Assembly: GCA_964415365.1 (NCBI GenBank)
Contig: CAYPYW010000010.1
Coordinates: 11,071 to 75,070, forward strand
From: an uncultured Actinomycetota bacterium
GTDB lineage: Bacteria; Actinomycetota; Humimicrobiia; Humimicrobiales; Humimicrobiaceae
DNA: 64,000 nucleotides
Direction of reading: 5' to 3'
Shown: piece by piece, positions 37,264 to 47,737 of the stretch
Numbering within the stretch: the stretch's first letter is position 1
Layout of the letters: each line of letters begins with the position of its first letter
Position numbers and translations under genes: made by a program
The notes under the pieces: model-generated
Seen by the model: the letters and a program-made list of their open reading frames with translations, nothing else
Databases searched by the model: none
What the model was told of the DNA's origin: nothing

Positions 37264-38178
37264 ATGAATTTGTTTAATTGTTTAGAACTATATATAAAGT
37301 ATCTGAAGTATGAAAAAAATTTATCTCTAAATTCTATAAATTCATATCAAAAAGATAACCTCCAATTTTTAAATTTTTTAAAAAGCAAGAACATTACTGA
37401 GACTACCGGGTTAAGTTTAGATATTTTCAGGGATTTTTTAAAATCTTTAGATAACCACAACTATTCAAACAGGACTATTATTAGAAAATATTCTTCCCTT
37501 GTGAATTTCTTTAGATTTCTTGAAAGAAATGATTATATTGATTTTCAGCTGACCCAGGCTATAAATGTTCCCAGAAAGCGTCACCGTTTTTATTCTTTTA
37601 TGTCTGTTAATGAAATAGAAAAACTGTTTGACAATTTTAAACCTGAGAACGATTTGGAGATAAGAGACAGAGCTATAATTGAATTACTTTATTCTACCGG
37701 GGCCAGGATAAGCGAGGTAGAGGGTTTAAAAATTGGGGATATTGATCTTCAGAATAGTGAAATAGTGGTGACTGGTAAGGGCAGAAAGCAGAGGTTGATT
37801 TACTTGAACCAGATGGCAGTATCCTGGATAAAGAGATATCTGGAGGTAAGAAGTAGACTGTTATATCCCGGGAAAGAGAGATATATAAAGGATAACCATT
37901 TATTTTTAAATAAATTTGGGAAGAGGTTATCCTCACGCAGCATGAGAACTATAGTTGAAAAATATGTAAGGAAAGCAGCTATCAGTAAGCATATCACACC
38001 TCACAGTATCAGGCACAGTTTTGCTACCCACCTGCTTCAGGAAGGAGCGGGGATAAGAGAGATCCAGGAACTTTTAGGTCATGAAAGCATATCTACCACG
38101 CAAATATACTCACATTTGAATGTTAAAAAGTTAAAAAAAGACTATAAGAAATTTCACCCCAGAGCGGAAATAAAGTAG
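37264..38178 (+). CDS. xerC: tyrosine site-specific recombinase XerC/XerD family
   Basis: N-terminal SAM-like domain (YLKYEKNLSLNSINSYQKDNLQFL); catalytic RDRAIIELLYSTGARISEV, HSIRHSFATHLL, LGHESISTTQIYSHL (R..H.R.Y). Confidence 0.75.
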   Translation: MNLFNCLELYIKYLKYEKNLSLNSINSYQKDNLQFLNFLKSKNITETTGLSLDIFRDFLKSLDNHNYSNRTIIRKYSSLVNFFRFLERNDYIDFQLTQAINVPRKRHRFYSFMSVNEIEKLFDNFKPENDLEIRDRAIIELLYSTGARISEVEGLKIGDIDLQNSEIVVTGKGRKQRLIYLNQMAVSWIKRYLEVRSRLLYPGKERYIKDNHLFLNKFGKRLSSRSMRTIVEKYVRKAAISKHITPHSIRHSFATHLLQEGAGIREIQELLGHESISTTQIYSHLNVKKLKKDYKKFHPRAEIK

Positions 38179-38357
38179 AGCAGGAATAGTATTTTTACTC
38201 TAATAATGTGACAATTTATTATTGATTATTTGATGAAATATATGTATTATGCTAGACTTGGACGTTGAAATCACACACACTACTTGTGGCATTATGGTGA
38301 AAAAATACGGCAGTTAAAGTAGTGGAGGAAAAACCATAAAAATGAGGAGGTATTATT

Positions 38358-39146
38358 TTGAGTATCGTAACTGTGAAGCAGCTTCTGGAGGTAGGGGTTC
38401 ACTTTGGTCATCAGACCAAGAAGTGGAACCCTAAGATGAAAAAGTACATATATACGGATAAAAATGGTATATATATAATTGACCTTCAGGAAACCCAGCG
38501 ACTCTTAATAGAGGCGTACGAATATGTAAAAAAAGTTGTCAGTGAGGGCGGGATCATATTATTTGTGGGCACAAAGAAGCAAACCCAGGATATAACTGAA
38601 TCTTATGCCAAAGATTGTGAAATGCCTTATGTTAGGAATAGATGGCTGGGAGGCACTCTTACTAATTTTGAAACCATAAGTAAGAGAACAAAAAGAATTG
38701 AAGAGATAGAAAAGATGGAAAAATCAGGTATTTTTGATAAGTTACCCAAAAAAGAAGTGCTGGGGATAAGGAAAGAGTATGAAAAGCTCCTTTTTAATAT
38801 TGGGGGCATAAGAGATATGAAAAAACTTCCCGATGTTCTCTATGCCATTGATCCTAATAAGGAGATGATTGCGATAAAGGAAGCAAGAAAATTGGGGATA
38901 CCTATTGTAGCTATAACAGATACAAATTGTGATCCTGATCTTATCGATTTTGTTATTCCGGGCAACGATGATGCAATTCGTTCCTGTAACCTGATAACCA
39001 GTGTAATATGCGAAGCTGTAAAAAAAGGGAAGGAACAAAAGATCAAACTGGAGGAGAGTCCGGAAGAAAAAGAAGCAAAGGAACTGGAGAAAGAGAAAAC
39101 TGAAGATGAGTTAGAAGATTTACCCGAAGATGATGTATGGGTTTAG
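38358..39146 (+). CDS. rpsB: 30S ribosomal protein S2
   Basis: TTG start with GAGGAGG RBS; [29 protein letters not shown]; acidic C-terminal tail. Confidence 0.95.
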   Translation: MSIVTVKQLLEVGVHFGHQTKKWNPKMKKYIYTDKNGIYIIDLQETQRLLIEAYEYVKKVVSEGGIILFVGTKKQTQDITESYAKDCEMPYVRNRWLGGTLTNFETISKRTKRIEEIEKMEKSGIFDKLPKKEVLGIRKEYEKLLFNIGGIRDMKKLPDVLYAIDPNKEMIAIKEARKLGIPIVAITDTNCDPDLIDFVIPGNDDAIRSCNLITSVICEAVKKGKEQKIKLEESPEEKEAKELEKEKTEDELEDLPEDDVWV

Positions 39147-39164
39147 AAATTATAGGGAGGAACA

Positions 39165-39764
39165 ATGGAAATTAAAGCTGAACTGGTCAGGGAGTTACGG
39201 GAAAAAAGTAATGCCGGAATGATGGATTGTAAGAAAGCTCTGGTTGATAGTAAGGGAGATATGAAGAAAGCAGAAGAGCTGTTAAAGGAAAGAGGACTGG
39301 CTCAAGCTTCTAAAAAAGCTTCCAGAGCCACAAAAGAAGGTCTAATCGATAGTTATGTGCATCTGGGTTCCAAAGTCGGGGTAATGGTTGAAGTTAATTG
39401 TGAAACCGATTTTGTAGCCAGAAATGAGATGTTTAAAAATTTAGTGCATGATATTGCACTTCATATTGCAGCAGCGGCACCCCTATATGTCTCCAAAGAA
39501 GATGTGCCTTTGGAGGTGCTGGAGAAAGAGAAAGAACTCTACAGGAAGCAAGCCATAAATGAAGGAAAACCTGAGAAAATTTTAGACAAGATTGCTGAAG
39601 GTAAGCTTAAGAAATATTATGAAGAGAACTGCCTTCTGGAACAGCCATTTGTAAAAGATAATGATGTAAAGGTAGGAGATCTGGTAAAACAAAATATAGC
39701 AAAAATCGGCGAGAATATAGTAATCAAAAGGTTTGCAAGATTCGTCCTTGGCGAAGAGAAGTAA
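39165..39764 (+). CDS. tsf: elongation factor Ts (short, about 200-aa form)
   Basis: [38 protein letters not shown]-like N-term; 199 aa. Confidence 0.9.
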   Translation: MEIKAELVRELREKSNAGMMDCKKALVDSKGDMKKAEELLKERGLAQASKKASRATKEGLIDSYVHLGSKVGVMVEVNCETDFVARNEMFKNLVHDIALHIAAAAPLYVSKEDVPLEVLEKEKELYRKQAINEGKPEKILDKIAEGKLKKYYEENCLLEQPFVKDNDVKVGDLVKQNIAKIGENIVIKRFARFVLGEEK

Positions 39765-39798
39765 GTGCTTTTAAATATTTTTTGCCTGAGGGCAATAA

Positions 39799-40527
<729 letters not shown>

Positions 40528-40530
40528 GAA

Positions 40531-41088
40531 ATGAAAGATGCATTAATGGTCGAAACAAAAAAAAGAATGAATCAAGCTCTGGAAAGAACCCAACATGAGT
40601 TTAATACTATCAGGACGGGAAGAGCATCTGTATCATTACTCGATAATATTTATATAGACTATTATGGCAGTAGGACTTTATTGAAACATATGTCTAACAT
40701 GAGTATACCCGAACCCAGGACTATTCTAATTTCACCTTACGAGCCAAAGTTTTTGAGGGAGATTGAGACTCAAATATCCAAATCTGATCTGGGCATCAAT
40801 CCATCAAATGACGGGAAAGTTATCCGGCTTAGCATACCTCCTTTAAATGAGGAAAGAAGGAGGGAATTGGTCAAATTAGTTAAAAAGATTGCAGAAGATG
40901 GAAGAATAGCTATCAGGAATATCAGAAGAGAAATAAATGACGAATTTAAAAAGTTGGAAAACGAAAGTAAAATAACAGAAGATGATCTGATAAAATCTCA
41001 AGGGGAAGTCCAGGAAATTACTGATGAGTTTATAGAGAAGGTTAATGATTCTTTGGCCCAGAAAGAAAAAGAAATCATGGAAGTGTAG
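40531..41088 (+). CDS. frr: ribosome recycling factor
   Basis: 185 aa, RRF pattern (IRTGRASVSLLDNI..., IRNIRRE...). Confidence 0.9.
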   Translation: MKDALMVETKKRMNQALERTQHEFNTIRTGRASVSLLDNIYIDYYGSRTLLKHMSNMSIPEPRTILISPYEPKFLREIETQISKSDLGINPSNDGKVIRLSIPPLNEERRRELVKLVKKIAEDGRIAIRNIRREINDEFKKLENESKITEDDLIKSQGEVQEITDEFIEKVNDSLAQKEKEIMEV

Positions 41089-41100
41089 GTAGGAAGTATT

Positions 41101-41862
41101 TTGAGTTTAATTTCTTCTATTTTTTCTTCCATAAGAGTTCCAACCGTAAAAGAACTAAAGAAAAATAATATTCCGGAGCATGTGGCTATTATTATGGATG
41201 GAAATGGCAGATGGGCTATGAAGAGAAAATTACCACGGTCTGCCGGTCATAGAGCTGGTGTTGAAGCTCTCAGGGATGTTATAGAGGTATGTATAGAATT
41301 AGGGATAAAGTTCTTGACCGTATATTCATTTTCCAGCGAAAACTGGCGGAGACCAAAAGACGAGGTGAATTTTCTTTTAAATCTATTCCTGGAAACATTG
41401 AGAGAAGAACTGGAGTCTCTGGATAGAAACGGAGTAAGAGTGAGATTGATTGGTAATAGAGAAGAAGTACCTTCTGAAATATTAAAAGCTTTTGAGAATG
41501 CGGAAAAGGAGACTGAGAATAATAATAAGTTATTTTTCAATATTGCCTTTAATTACGGCTCCAGACAGGAAATTGTAGGTGCAGTTAAAAGAATATGTAG
41601 AGCAGCTGCTAGAAATGATATAGATATTGAGAAACTGGACGAGAAGAATTTTTCAGAATATTTATTTACAGACAGCTACCCCGATCCCGATTTTTTAATT
41701 AGAACCAGTGGTGAATATAGAGTAAGCAATTTCCTGCTGTGGCAAATCGCATACTGCGAATTCTATTTTGTGAAAACACTCTGGCCGGATTTTAAAAAGA
41801 AAAACTTCTTAAAAGCTATTTATTATTACCAGTACAGAGATAGAAGATTTGGCGGGTTGTGA
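41101..41862 (+). CDS. uppS: undecaprenyl diphosphate synthase (cis-isoprenyl transferase)
   Basis: HVAIIMDGNGRWA, FSSENWRRP motifs; TTG start. Confidence 0.9.
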   Translation: MSLISSIFSSIRVPTVKELKKNNIPEHVAIIMDGNGRWAMKRKLPRSAGHRAGVEALRDVIEVCIELGIKFLTVYSFSSENWRRPKDEVNFLLNLFLETLREELESLDRNGVRVRLIGNREEVPSEILKAFENAEKETENNNKLFFNIAFNYGSRQEIVGAVKRICRAAARNDIDIEKLDEKNFSEYLFTDSYPDPDFLIRTSGEYRVSNFLLWQIAYCEFYFVKTLWPDFKKKNFLKAIYYYQYRDRRFGGL

Positions 41863-41868
41863 TTTCCT

Positions 41869-42942
41869 ATGCAAACTGTAACTACCATTTTCCAATATAT
41901 CCTGGCAATAGTCGGCCTGTCACTGATAGTAATTGTTCATGAATTTGGACATTTCTTGATGGCCAAGTTAAGCGGGATACATGTTGAAGAATTTTTTATT
42001 GGCTTTGGCCCGAAGCTCTTTAAATTTAAAGACAGGAGAGGTACTACTTATGGTATAAGTGCTATACCGGTAGGAGGATACAATAAATTACTGGGCATGG
42101 ATAGAAATGAATCTATACCCCCCGATCTGAAGAATAAAGCATTCCAGAACAAACCTTTCTATAAGAAACTGCTGGTCGCAGTAGGCGGAGTTGGTTTTAA
42201 TGTTATTTTTGCAGTGATATTAATGGGAATTATTTTAAGTTTTGCGCCTACGGCGATCATTGGTTTTGTCGAGGCCGAATCACCTGCTGATATAAACGGC
42301 TTCAAGATAGGTGATGAAGTTATTGCTCTAAATGATCAAAAAATTGAGAGCTGGGATGATTTTTCCACTATGACTAAAAAATATCCTGGCGAAGAAGTAA
42401 CTTATACTGTTATCCGTGAAGGGGAGGAAATAAAGCTGGAAGCAAAACTGGATGATGTGGAGGGCCAGGGATATCTGGGAATAAGTCCGCGGTACACTTT
42501 GAGTCCCCGGTATGCCATAAAGGAATATGGCTTTTTTGGAGTAATAAAAGAAAGCTTCAGGATAGTCTGGGATATAAGTGTCACTTATATAAAGCTGTTT
42601 GGAATGCTGTTTACAGGCAAAATACCTCTCAGTGAGGCCAGACCGGTTTCGCCGGTTGGACTGGTGAGTTTATTTCAGCAGTTTGCATCAGTAAGCATAC
42701 AGGATTTTATATTTTTTGTTGCACTGGTTTCTGTTTTAATGGGTTTCGGAAATTTAATTCCGATTATTCCTTTAGATGGAGGAAATATTATATTGATCAT
42801 AATCGAGTCTATAAGAAGAAAACCAATTCCAAGGAGAGTTCTGGAAATCCTCAATTTCGCAGGGGTATTTATTCTGGTTTCCATACTTATTATAGGCTTT
42901 GTTTTCGATATAATAAAACCTTTCAATATTAAAAATATGTAA
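41869..42942 (+). CDS. rseP: RIP metalloprotease RseP (M50 site-2 protease with PDZ domain)
   Basis: HEFGHFLMAK zinc motif in TM1; PDZ segment; C-terminal LDGG motif. Confidence 0.85.
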   Translation: MQTVTTIFQYILAIVGLSLIVIVHEFGHFLMAKLSGIHVEEFFIGFGPKLFKFKDRRGTTYGISAIPVGGYNKLLGMDRNESIPPDLKNKAFQNKPFYKKLLVAVGGVGFNVIFAVILMGIILSFAPTAIIGFVEAESPADINGFKIGDEVIALNDQKIESWDDFSTMTKKYPGEEVTYTVIREGEEIKLEAKLDDVEGQGYLGISPRYTLSPRYAIKEYGFFGVIKESFRIVWDISVTYIKLFGMLFTGKIPLSEARPVSPVGLVSLFQQFASVSIQDFIFFVALVSVLMGFGNLIPIIPLDGGNIILIIIESIRRKPIPRRVLEILNFAGVFILVSILIIGFVFDIIKPFNIKNM

Positions 42943-42966
42943 TAATTATCTGAGCAATAATTTCAA

Positions 42967-44040
42967 ATGCAAATAATAAGAAAAAAAACCAGGGTTGTTA
43001 AAGTGGGAAAGTTGAAAGTAGGAGGCGATAACCCTATTATTGTACAGTCCATGACTAAAAGTAAGCTGGAGGATCTGAGCACCATCAGAGATGAGATAAA
43101 AGAATTGATTGGAAGCGGCTGTGAACTTATAAGAATAGCAATACCGGAAAAGAAATCTATAAATTATCTTAAGAAATTAATTAATAAAGGAATTTTTACG
43201 GTTCCATTAGTAGCTGATATTCAATTTGACTACCAGTTGGCTCTTGATTGTATGGATATCGGAGTTGATGGTATAAGGATAAATCCGGGTAATATAGGGG
43301 AGCGCAGCCGGGTCTCGAAAATTGTAGAGAAAGCTAAAAGGAAAAGGATTGCGTTGAGGATTGGTGTCAATTCAGGTTCCATAGATAAAAAAATACTTAA
43401 AAAAAATAAGGGTAATATTGTCAATTCAATGGTTGAAAGTGCATTGGAAAGTGTTAAACTTTTAGAAAGTTTAAAATTCAATAATTTCAAGATATCGGCG
43501 AAAGCATCGTCAGTTCTTGATACTATAAATGTATATGAGGCAATATCAGATAAAGTCGATTATCCTCTGCATTTAGGTGTGACCGAAGCAGGACCTCCTT
43601 TTAGGGGCAGCATAAAGTCGTCGGTTGGTATTGGTATTTTATTATCCAGAGGGATAGGGGATACTATAAGGGTTTCGCTGACCGGAAAATCAACGGATGA
43701 AGTGAAAGCTGCGTACATAATTCTTAATAGTTTAAACTTAAGAAAAGTGGGAGTAGATATTATTTCCTGTCCCACTTGCGGGAGGACGGCAGATGATTTT
43801 CAGCAAATTGTATATGAAATTGAAGAACTAACTGCGGGTACTAAGAAGAATTTAAAATTGGCCGTAATGGGCTGTATTGTTAATGGTCCCGGAGAAGCAA
43901 AAGATGCAGATCTGGGGATAGCCTTTGGTAAAGAAAAGGCAGCCCTCTTTTTAAAAGGTAAAGTGGTAAAAAGAATAGGTAGAGATGTTGTAGTAGAAGA
44001 GATTAAAAAAGAACTTGAAAAAATTAATTTAAATAGGTGA
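42967..44040 (+). CDS. ispG: 4-hydroxy-3-methylbut-2-enyl diphosphate synthase IspG (GcpE)
   Basis: VKVGKLKVGGDNPIIVQSMTKSK; [4Fe-4S] cysteines CPTCGR...GC; 357 aa. Confidence 0.9.
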   Translation: MQIIRKKTRVVKVGKLKVGGDNPIIVQSMTKSKLEDLSTIRDEIKELIGSGCELIRIAIPEKKSINYLKKLINKGIFTVPLVADIQFDYQLALDCMDIGVDGIRINPGNIGERSRVSKIVEKAKRKRIALRIGVNSGSIDKKILKKNKGNIVNSMVESALESVKLLESLKFNNFKISAKASSVLDTINVYEAISDKVDYPLHLGVTEAGPPFRGSIKSSVGIGILLSRGIGDTIRVSLTGKSTDEVKAAYIILNSLNLRKVGVDIISCPTCGRTADDFQQIVYEIEELTAGTKKNLKLAVMGCIVNGPGEAKDADLGIAFGKEKAALFLKGKVVKRIGRDVVVEEIKKELEKINLNR

Positions 44041-44053
44041 AGGGGAGTTTGAA

Positions 44054-45325
44054 TTGAAGTTTTCTCAATTTTTTATTCCAACTTTAAAAGAGGAACCAAG
44101 TGAGGCTGAAATACCAAGTCATTCTTTAGCTCTAAGAGCTGGTCTTATAAGAAAAATTGCATCAGGTATTTATTCCTTCTTGCCACTGGGATTTAAGGTG
44201 CTAAGGAAAATCGAAGATATAGTCAGACAGGAAATGAATAATGCCGGTGCCGCCGAGCTAGTTTTACCGGTCATGCAGCCTTCTATTTTATGGGAAAAAA
44301 CAGGTAGGTGGGGAGAGTATGGCTCTGAGTTGTTCAGGTTGAGGGATAGAAACAAAAGGGACTTCTGTCTGGGACCTACCCACGAAGAGGTAATAACTTA
44401 TCTGGCGCATTCAGATTTGAAATCATATAAAGATTTACCTCTGAATCTTTATCAGATTCAGGTTAAGTTTAGAGATGAAATAAGGCCAAGATATGGGCTG
44501 CTGAGGGCCAGGGAATTTATTATGAAAGATGCCTATAGTTTTTGCAGGAATGATGATGACTTAGAAGTTATTTACAAAAAGATGTATGATGCTTATTGTA
44601 AAATACTTGAAAGAATTGGCCTTGAGTACAGGGTGGTAGAGGCTGAAACGGGACTGATTGGTGGAAGCTCTTCTCATGAATTTATAATACTTGCTGAAAA
44701 CGGTGAAGATAAATTGGTTTTTTGTCCGAAGTGCGGTTACTCGGCAAGTTTTGAAATGTCAGAGTCTGCATCCAAAACCGGCAGTGACAAGTGTATTAAT
44801 TGTGGGAGAAAGCTCAAATCCGAGAAGGGAATTGAGATTGGACATATTTTCAAACTGGGCCGTAAATATAGTGATAAATTGAATGCCAGGTTTCTGGATA
44901 TAGATGGGAAACTAAAATCTTTAATTATGGGCTGTTACGGAATGGGAATAACCAGGATGCTGGCAGCAGTGATAGAGCAATTGCATGATAGTAAAGGAAT
45001 AGTATGGCCTGTTTCTATAGCTCCGTTTGTAGTTAACCTTATAGTTACGACTATGGGGAATGAACAATTATCAAAAGCGGGCGATGTTGTATATGAAACT
45101 TTAATCAAGTCAAATGTTGAAGTTCTTTATGATGATAGAGATATAAACGCAGGGATAAAATTCAAGGATTCGGACCTGATGGGAATGCCTGTTAAATTTA
45201 TTCTGGGCAGGAAATTTCTGGATAATAAAATAATTGATGTTGAATACAGGAAAGATGGTAAGAAGATAGAACTACCCCTGGATTCAGTTCCTGAGTTTAT
45301 AAAAAAAATTAAAAACTGCGAGTAA
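44054..45325 (+). CDS. proS: prolyl-tRNA synthetase, bacterial-type but lacking the INS editing domain; contains a Cys4 cluster
   Basis: N-terminus MKFSQFFIPTLKEEPSEAEIPSHSLALRAGLIRK; motif 2 FRDEIRPRYGLLRAREFIMKDAYSF followed within about 25 aa by GGSSSHEF (no about 180-aa INS); CPKCG...CINCG; 423 aa. Confidence 0.9.
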   Translation: MKFSQFFIPTLKEEPSEAEIPSHSLALRAGLIRKIASGIYSFLPLGFKVLRKIEDIVRQEMNNAGAAELVLPVMQPSILWEKTGRWGEYGSELFRLRDRNKRDFCLGPTHEEVITYLAHSDLKSYKDLPLNLYQIQVKFRDEIRPRYGLLRAREFIMKDAYSFCRNDDDLEVIYKKMYDAYCKILERIGLEYRVVEAETGLIGGSSSHEFIILAENGEDKLVFCPKCGYSASFEMSESASKTGSDKCINCGRKLKSEKGIEIGHIFKLGRKYSDKLNARFLDIDGKLKSLIMGCYGMGITRMLAAVIEQLHDSKGIVWPVSIAPFVVNLIVTTMGNEQLSKAGDVVYETLIKSNVEVLYDDRDINAGIKFKDSDLMGMPVKFILGRKFLDNKIIDVEYRKDGKKIELPLDSVPEFIKKIKNCE

Positions 45326-45342
45326 CCCCAAGCTGCCTCAAG

Positions 45343-47511
45343 ATGGATAATCAAGAAAGTAAAATCGAAGGGATTTTAGAAAAGATTATTTTCAAAAATT
45401 CTGAGACTGGTTTTATGGTCGGAAAAGTAAGATCAGAGGATAATAATCTGGTGACCATTGTGGGAAATGCTTTTGAACTTCAGTGTGGTGAAAAACTGGA
45501 AGTGACCGGGAAATGGGTTTTAAATAAAAATTATGGGCGGCAGTTTGAAATTGAGAGCATTAAAACAGCTGAACCTGCTACTGTTGTCGGTATCGAGAAT
45601 TATTTAGGCTCAGGTATGATAAAAGGCATCGGTCCGGTAATGGCAAATAGAATAGTCTCTCATTTTAAGCTTGAAACTCTAAGGATACTGGATGAAGAGC
45701 CGAAAAGATTAAATGAGATAGATGGCATAGGTAGAAAAAGAATAAATTTAATCTTAGAGTCCTGGAAAAAACATAAGAATGTAAGAGAGGTTATGATTTT
45801 TCTGCAATCTCACGGAATAAGTACCACTTATGCTCTAAAAATTTATAATAATTACGGTGATAATTCCATAAGTGTTATAAAGACAAATCCCTATAGATTG
45901 TCTGAGGATATATTTGGAATAGGGTTTAAAACTGCTGATAAAATTGCGTTGATGACAGGTATTGAAAAAGATTCGCCATTCAGGATGAAGGCAGGAATAA
46001 TTCATTTATTAAGAGAGGCAGAAGATGGAGGACATTGCTACCTTCCATATGAAGAGTTTATCGAGATGGCAGAAAGTTTCCTGGGCACAGAGCTTGGAAG
46101 AATCACAGGTGCTTTAAGCGAACTGGAAAAAGAAGGAAAAATAATTGTTGTCAGAGATGACACGGATAAAGTATATCTTACAAATATTTATAATGCTGAA
46201 AAATATGTGAGTGAGAAAATCCTGGCTATTTTAGAAGGTGGTAAAGAAAATGAATCAGGAGAGGGTAGAAAGGGAAATATAAATCGCCTGATGAATGGCC
46301 TGGCTGCTGAAGAAAAGATAATACTGGATAGTATTCAGATGAAAGCCATTGAAAAGGCAGTATCCGAAAAAATACTGGTTATAACCGGAAGTCCCGGCAC
46401 AGGAAAAAGTACCATACTTAATTTCATAATAAAGATTTTTAAAAAGGAAAATAAAAGCGTTCTTTTAGGTGCTCCAACAGGGAGAGCTTCTAAAAGGTTG
46501 TGTGAGACCACTGGTAGAGAAGCCAAAACTATACACAGACTATTAAATTACAATCCGAAACTGAACAAATTTTTAAAAAATGAAGAAAATCCCCTTGAAG
46601 CAGATATCGTAATAATCGATGAAGCTTCAATGCTGGATATAAGGTTGATGAGGAATTTACTTTCAGCTGTTAAGCCACAGACCGGTATTATTTTTGTGGG
46701 TGATGTAGATCAATTGCCTGCAGTAGGTCCCGGGAATGTTTTAAGTGACATAATCAGTTCAGATACGGTTCCCGTAATTGAGCTTAAGAAAATATACAGG
46801 CAGGAGAGTGAAAGTCTTATTATATATAATGCCCACAAAGTCCGGGATGGCCAGTTTCCATATATCGGCAAACCAAAAAACAGTGACTTTTTCTTTATTG
46901 AAAAAGATGAGCCTGAAGAAGTTGTAAGTCTTATATTGAACCTTCTTACCAAAAGAATCCCCAAAAGCTTCAGTTATGATCCTGTTCACGATATCCAGAT
47001 TCTGGTTCCTACCAACAAAGGAACTGTTGGGGTTAATAATTTAAATTCCAGAATTCAGAATACTTTAAATTTTAACAGTCAAAAGGTTCTGAAGGGATCT
47101 GTGCAATATAGGTTGAATGATAAGGTAATACAGCTCAAGAATAATTACGAAAAAGATGTTTATAATGGTGATATAGGATTTATAAATAGCATAGATATGG
47201 AAGCTGAAGAAATCGGAGTAAATTTTGATGGAAAAACTGTTAGTTATGGTTTTTTCGAGCTAGATGAGATAGGTTTATCTTATGCTATATCTATTCACAA
47301 ATCTCAGGGGTCTGAATTTAAATGTGTTATAATACCCATTTTGACTTCCCACTATATGCTGTTACAGAGAAATTTACTTTATACGGCAATAACGAGAGCC
47401 AGAGAGCTTGCGGTAATGGTTGGAAGTAAAAAAGCGATAGGAATGGCAGTAAATAGAAATATTGTTGAGAAGCGGTATACCAGTTTAAAGGAATTGCTTA
47501 GAAATTTTTGA
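45343..47511 (+). CDS. recD2: RecD2-type ATP-dependent DNA helicase (RecD/TraA family)
   Basis: Walker A VITGSPGTGKST; VIIDEASM; N-terminal HhH/OB region; 722 aa. Confidence 0.85.
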   Translation: MDNQESKIEGILEKIIFKNSETGFMVGKVRSEDNNLVTIVGNAFELQCGEKLEVTGKWVLNKNYGRQFEIESIKTAEPATVVGIENYLGSGMIKGIGPVMANRIVSHFKLETLRILDEEPKRLNEIDGIGRKRINLILESWKKHKNVREVMIFLQSHGISTTYALKIYNNYGDNSISVIKTNPYRLSEDIFGIGFKTADKIALMTGIEKDSPFRMKAGIIHLLREAEDGGHCYLPYEEFIEMAESFLGTELGRITGALSELEKEGKIIVVRDDTDKVYLTNIYNAEKYVSEKILAILEGGKENESGEGRKGNINRLMNGLAAEEKIILDSIQMKAIEKAVSEKILVITGSPGTGKSTILNFIIKIFKKENKSVLLGAPTGRASKRLCETTGREAKTIHRLLNYNPKLNKFLKNEENPLEADIVIIDEASMLDIRLMRNLLSAVKPQTGIIFVGDVDQLPAVGPGNVLSDIISSDTVPVIELKKIYRQESESLIIYNAHKVRDGQFPYIGKPKNSDFFFIEKDEPEEVVSLILNLLTKRIPKSFSYDPVHDIQILVPTNKGTVGVNNLNSRIQNTLNFNSQKVLKGSVQYRLNDKVIQLKNNYEKDVYNGDIGFINSIDMEAEEIGVNFDGKTVSYGFFELDEIGLSYAISIHKSQGSEFKCVIIPILTSHYMLLQRNLLYTAITRARELAVMVGSKKAIGMAVNRNIVEKRYTSLKELLRNF

Positions 47512-47616
47512 TGAACTCCTCTCTGCCTGTTAAGTTACAATTTCACTGGTTTCATTAAAGTCTTCTATGTACATAGTCAGAATAGTCGTACAACACTTCG
47601 ATAATATAAGTACCGA

Positions 47617-47644
47617 TTGAATTTTTTCTATTTTATGATATACT
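47617..47644 (+). promoter_or_regulatory. nusA promoter TTGAAT-16-TGaTATACT (extended -10)
   Basis: Seen in sequence about 95 nt upstream of the nusA TTG start. Confidence 0.4.
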
Positions 47645-47680
47645 CTTAGAGAAATTTTAATGTGAATAGTTATTAAAAAT

Positions 47681-47704
47681 AGTGGGCTAGACCCACTTTT
47701 TTTT
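47681..47704 (+). terminator. intrinsic terminator-like hairpin + U-tract inside the nusA leader (candidate autoregulatory attenuator)
   Basis: AGTGGG-CTAGA-CCCACT stem-loop followed by 8 T; lies between the predicted promoter and the nusA RBS (AGGGGA 47725-47730). Confidence 0.45.
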
Positions 47705-47737
47705 AGTTTAAATTTTCTTATAGACAGGGGACTTAAG

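Noticed and set aside
47512-47737. Checked the recD2-nusA gap for rimP or a tRNA
   Set aside because: The gap (226 bp) is too short for rimP (about 450 bp) and shows no tRNA-like T-arm (GTTCGA/GGTTC) or acceptor features.
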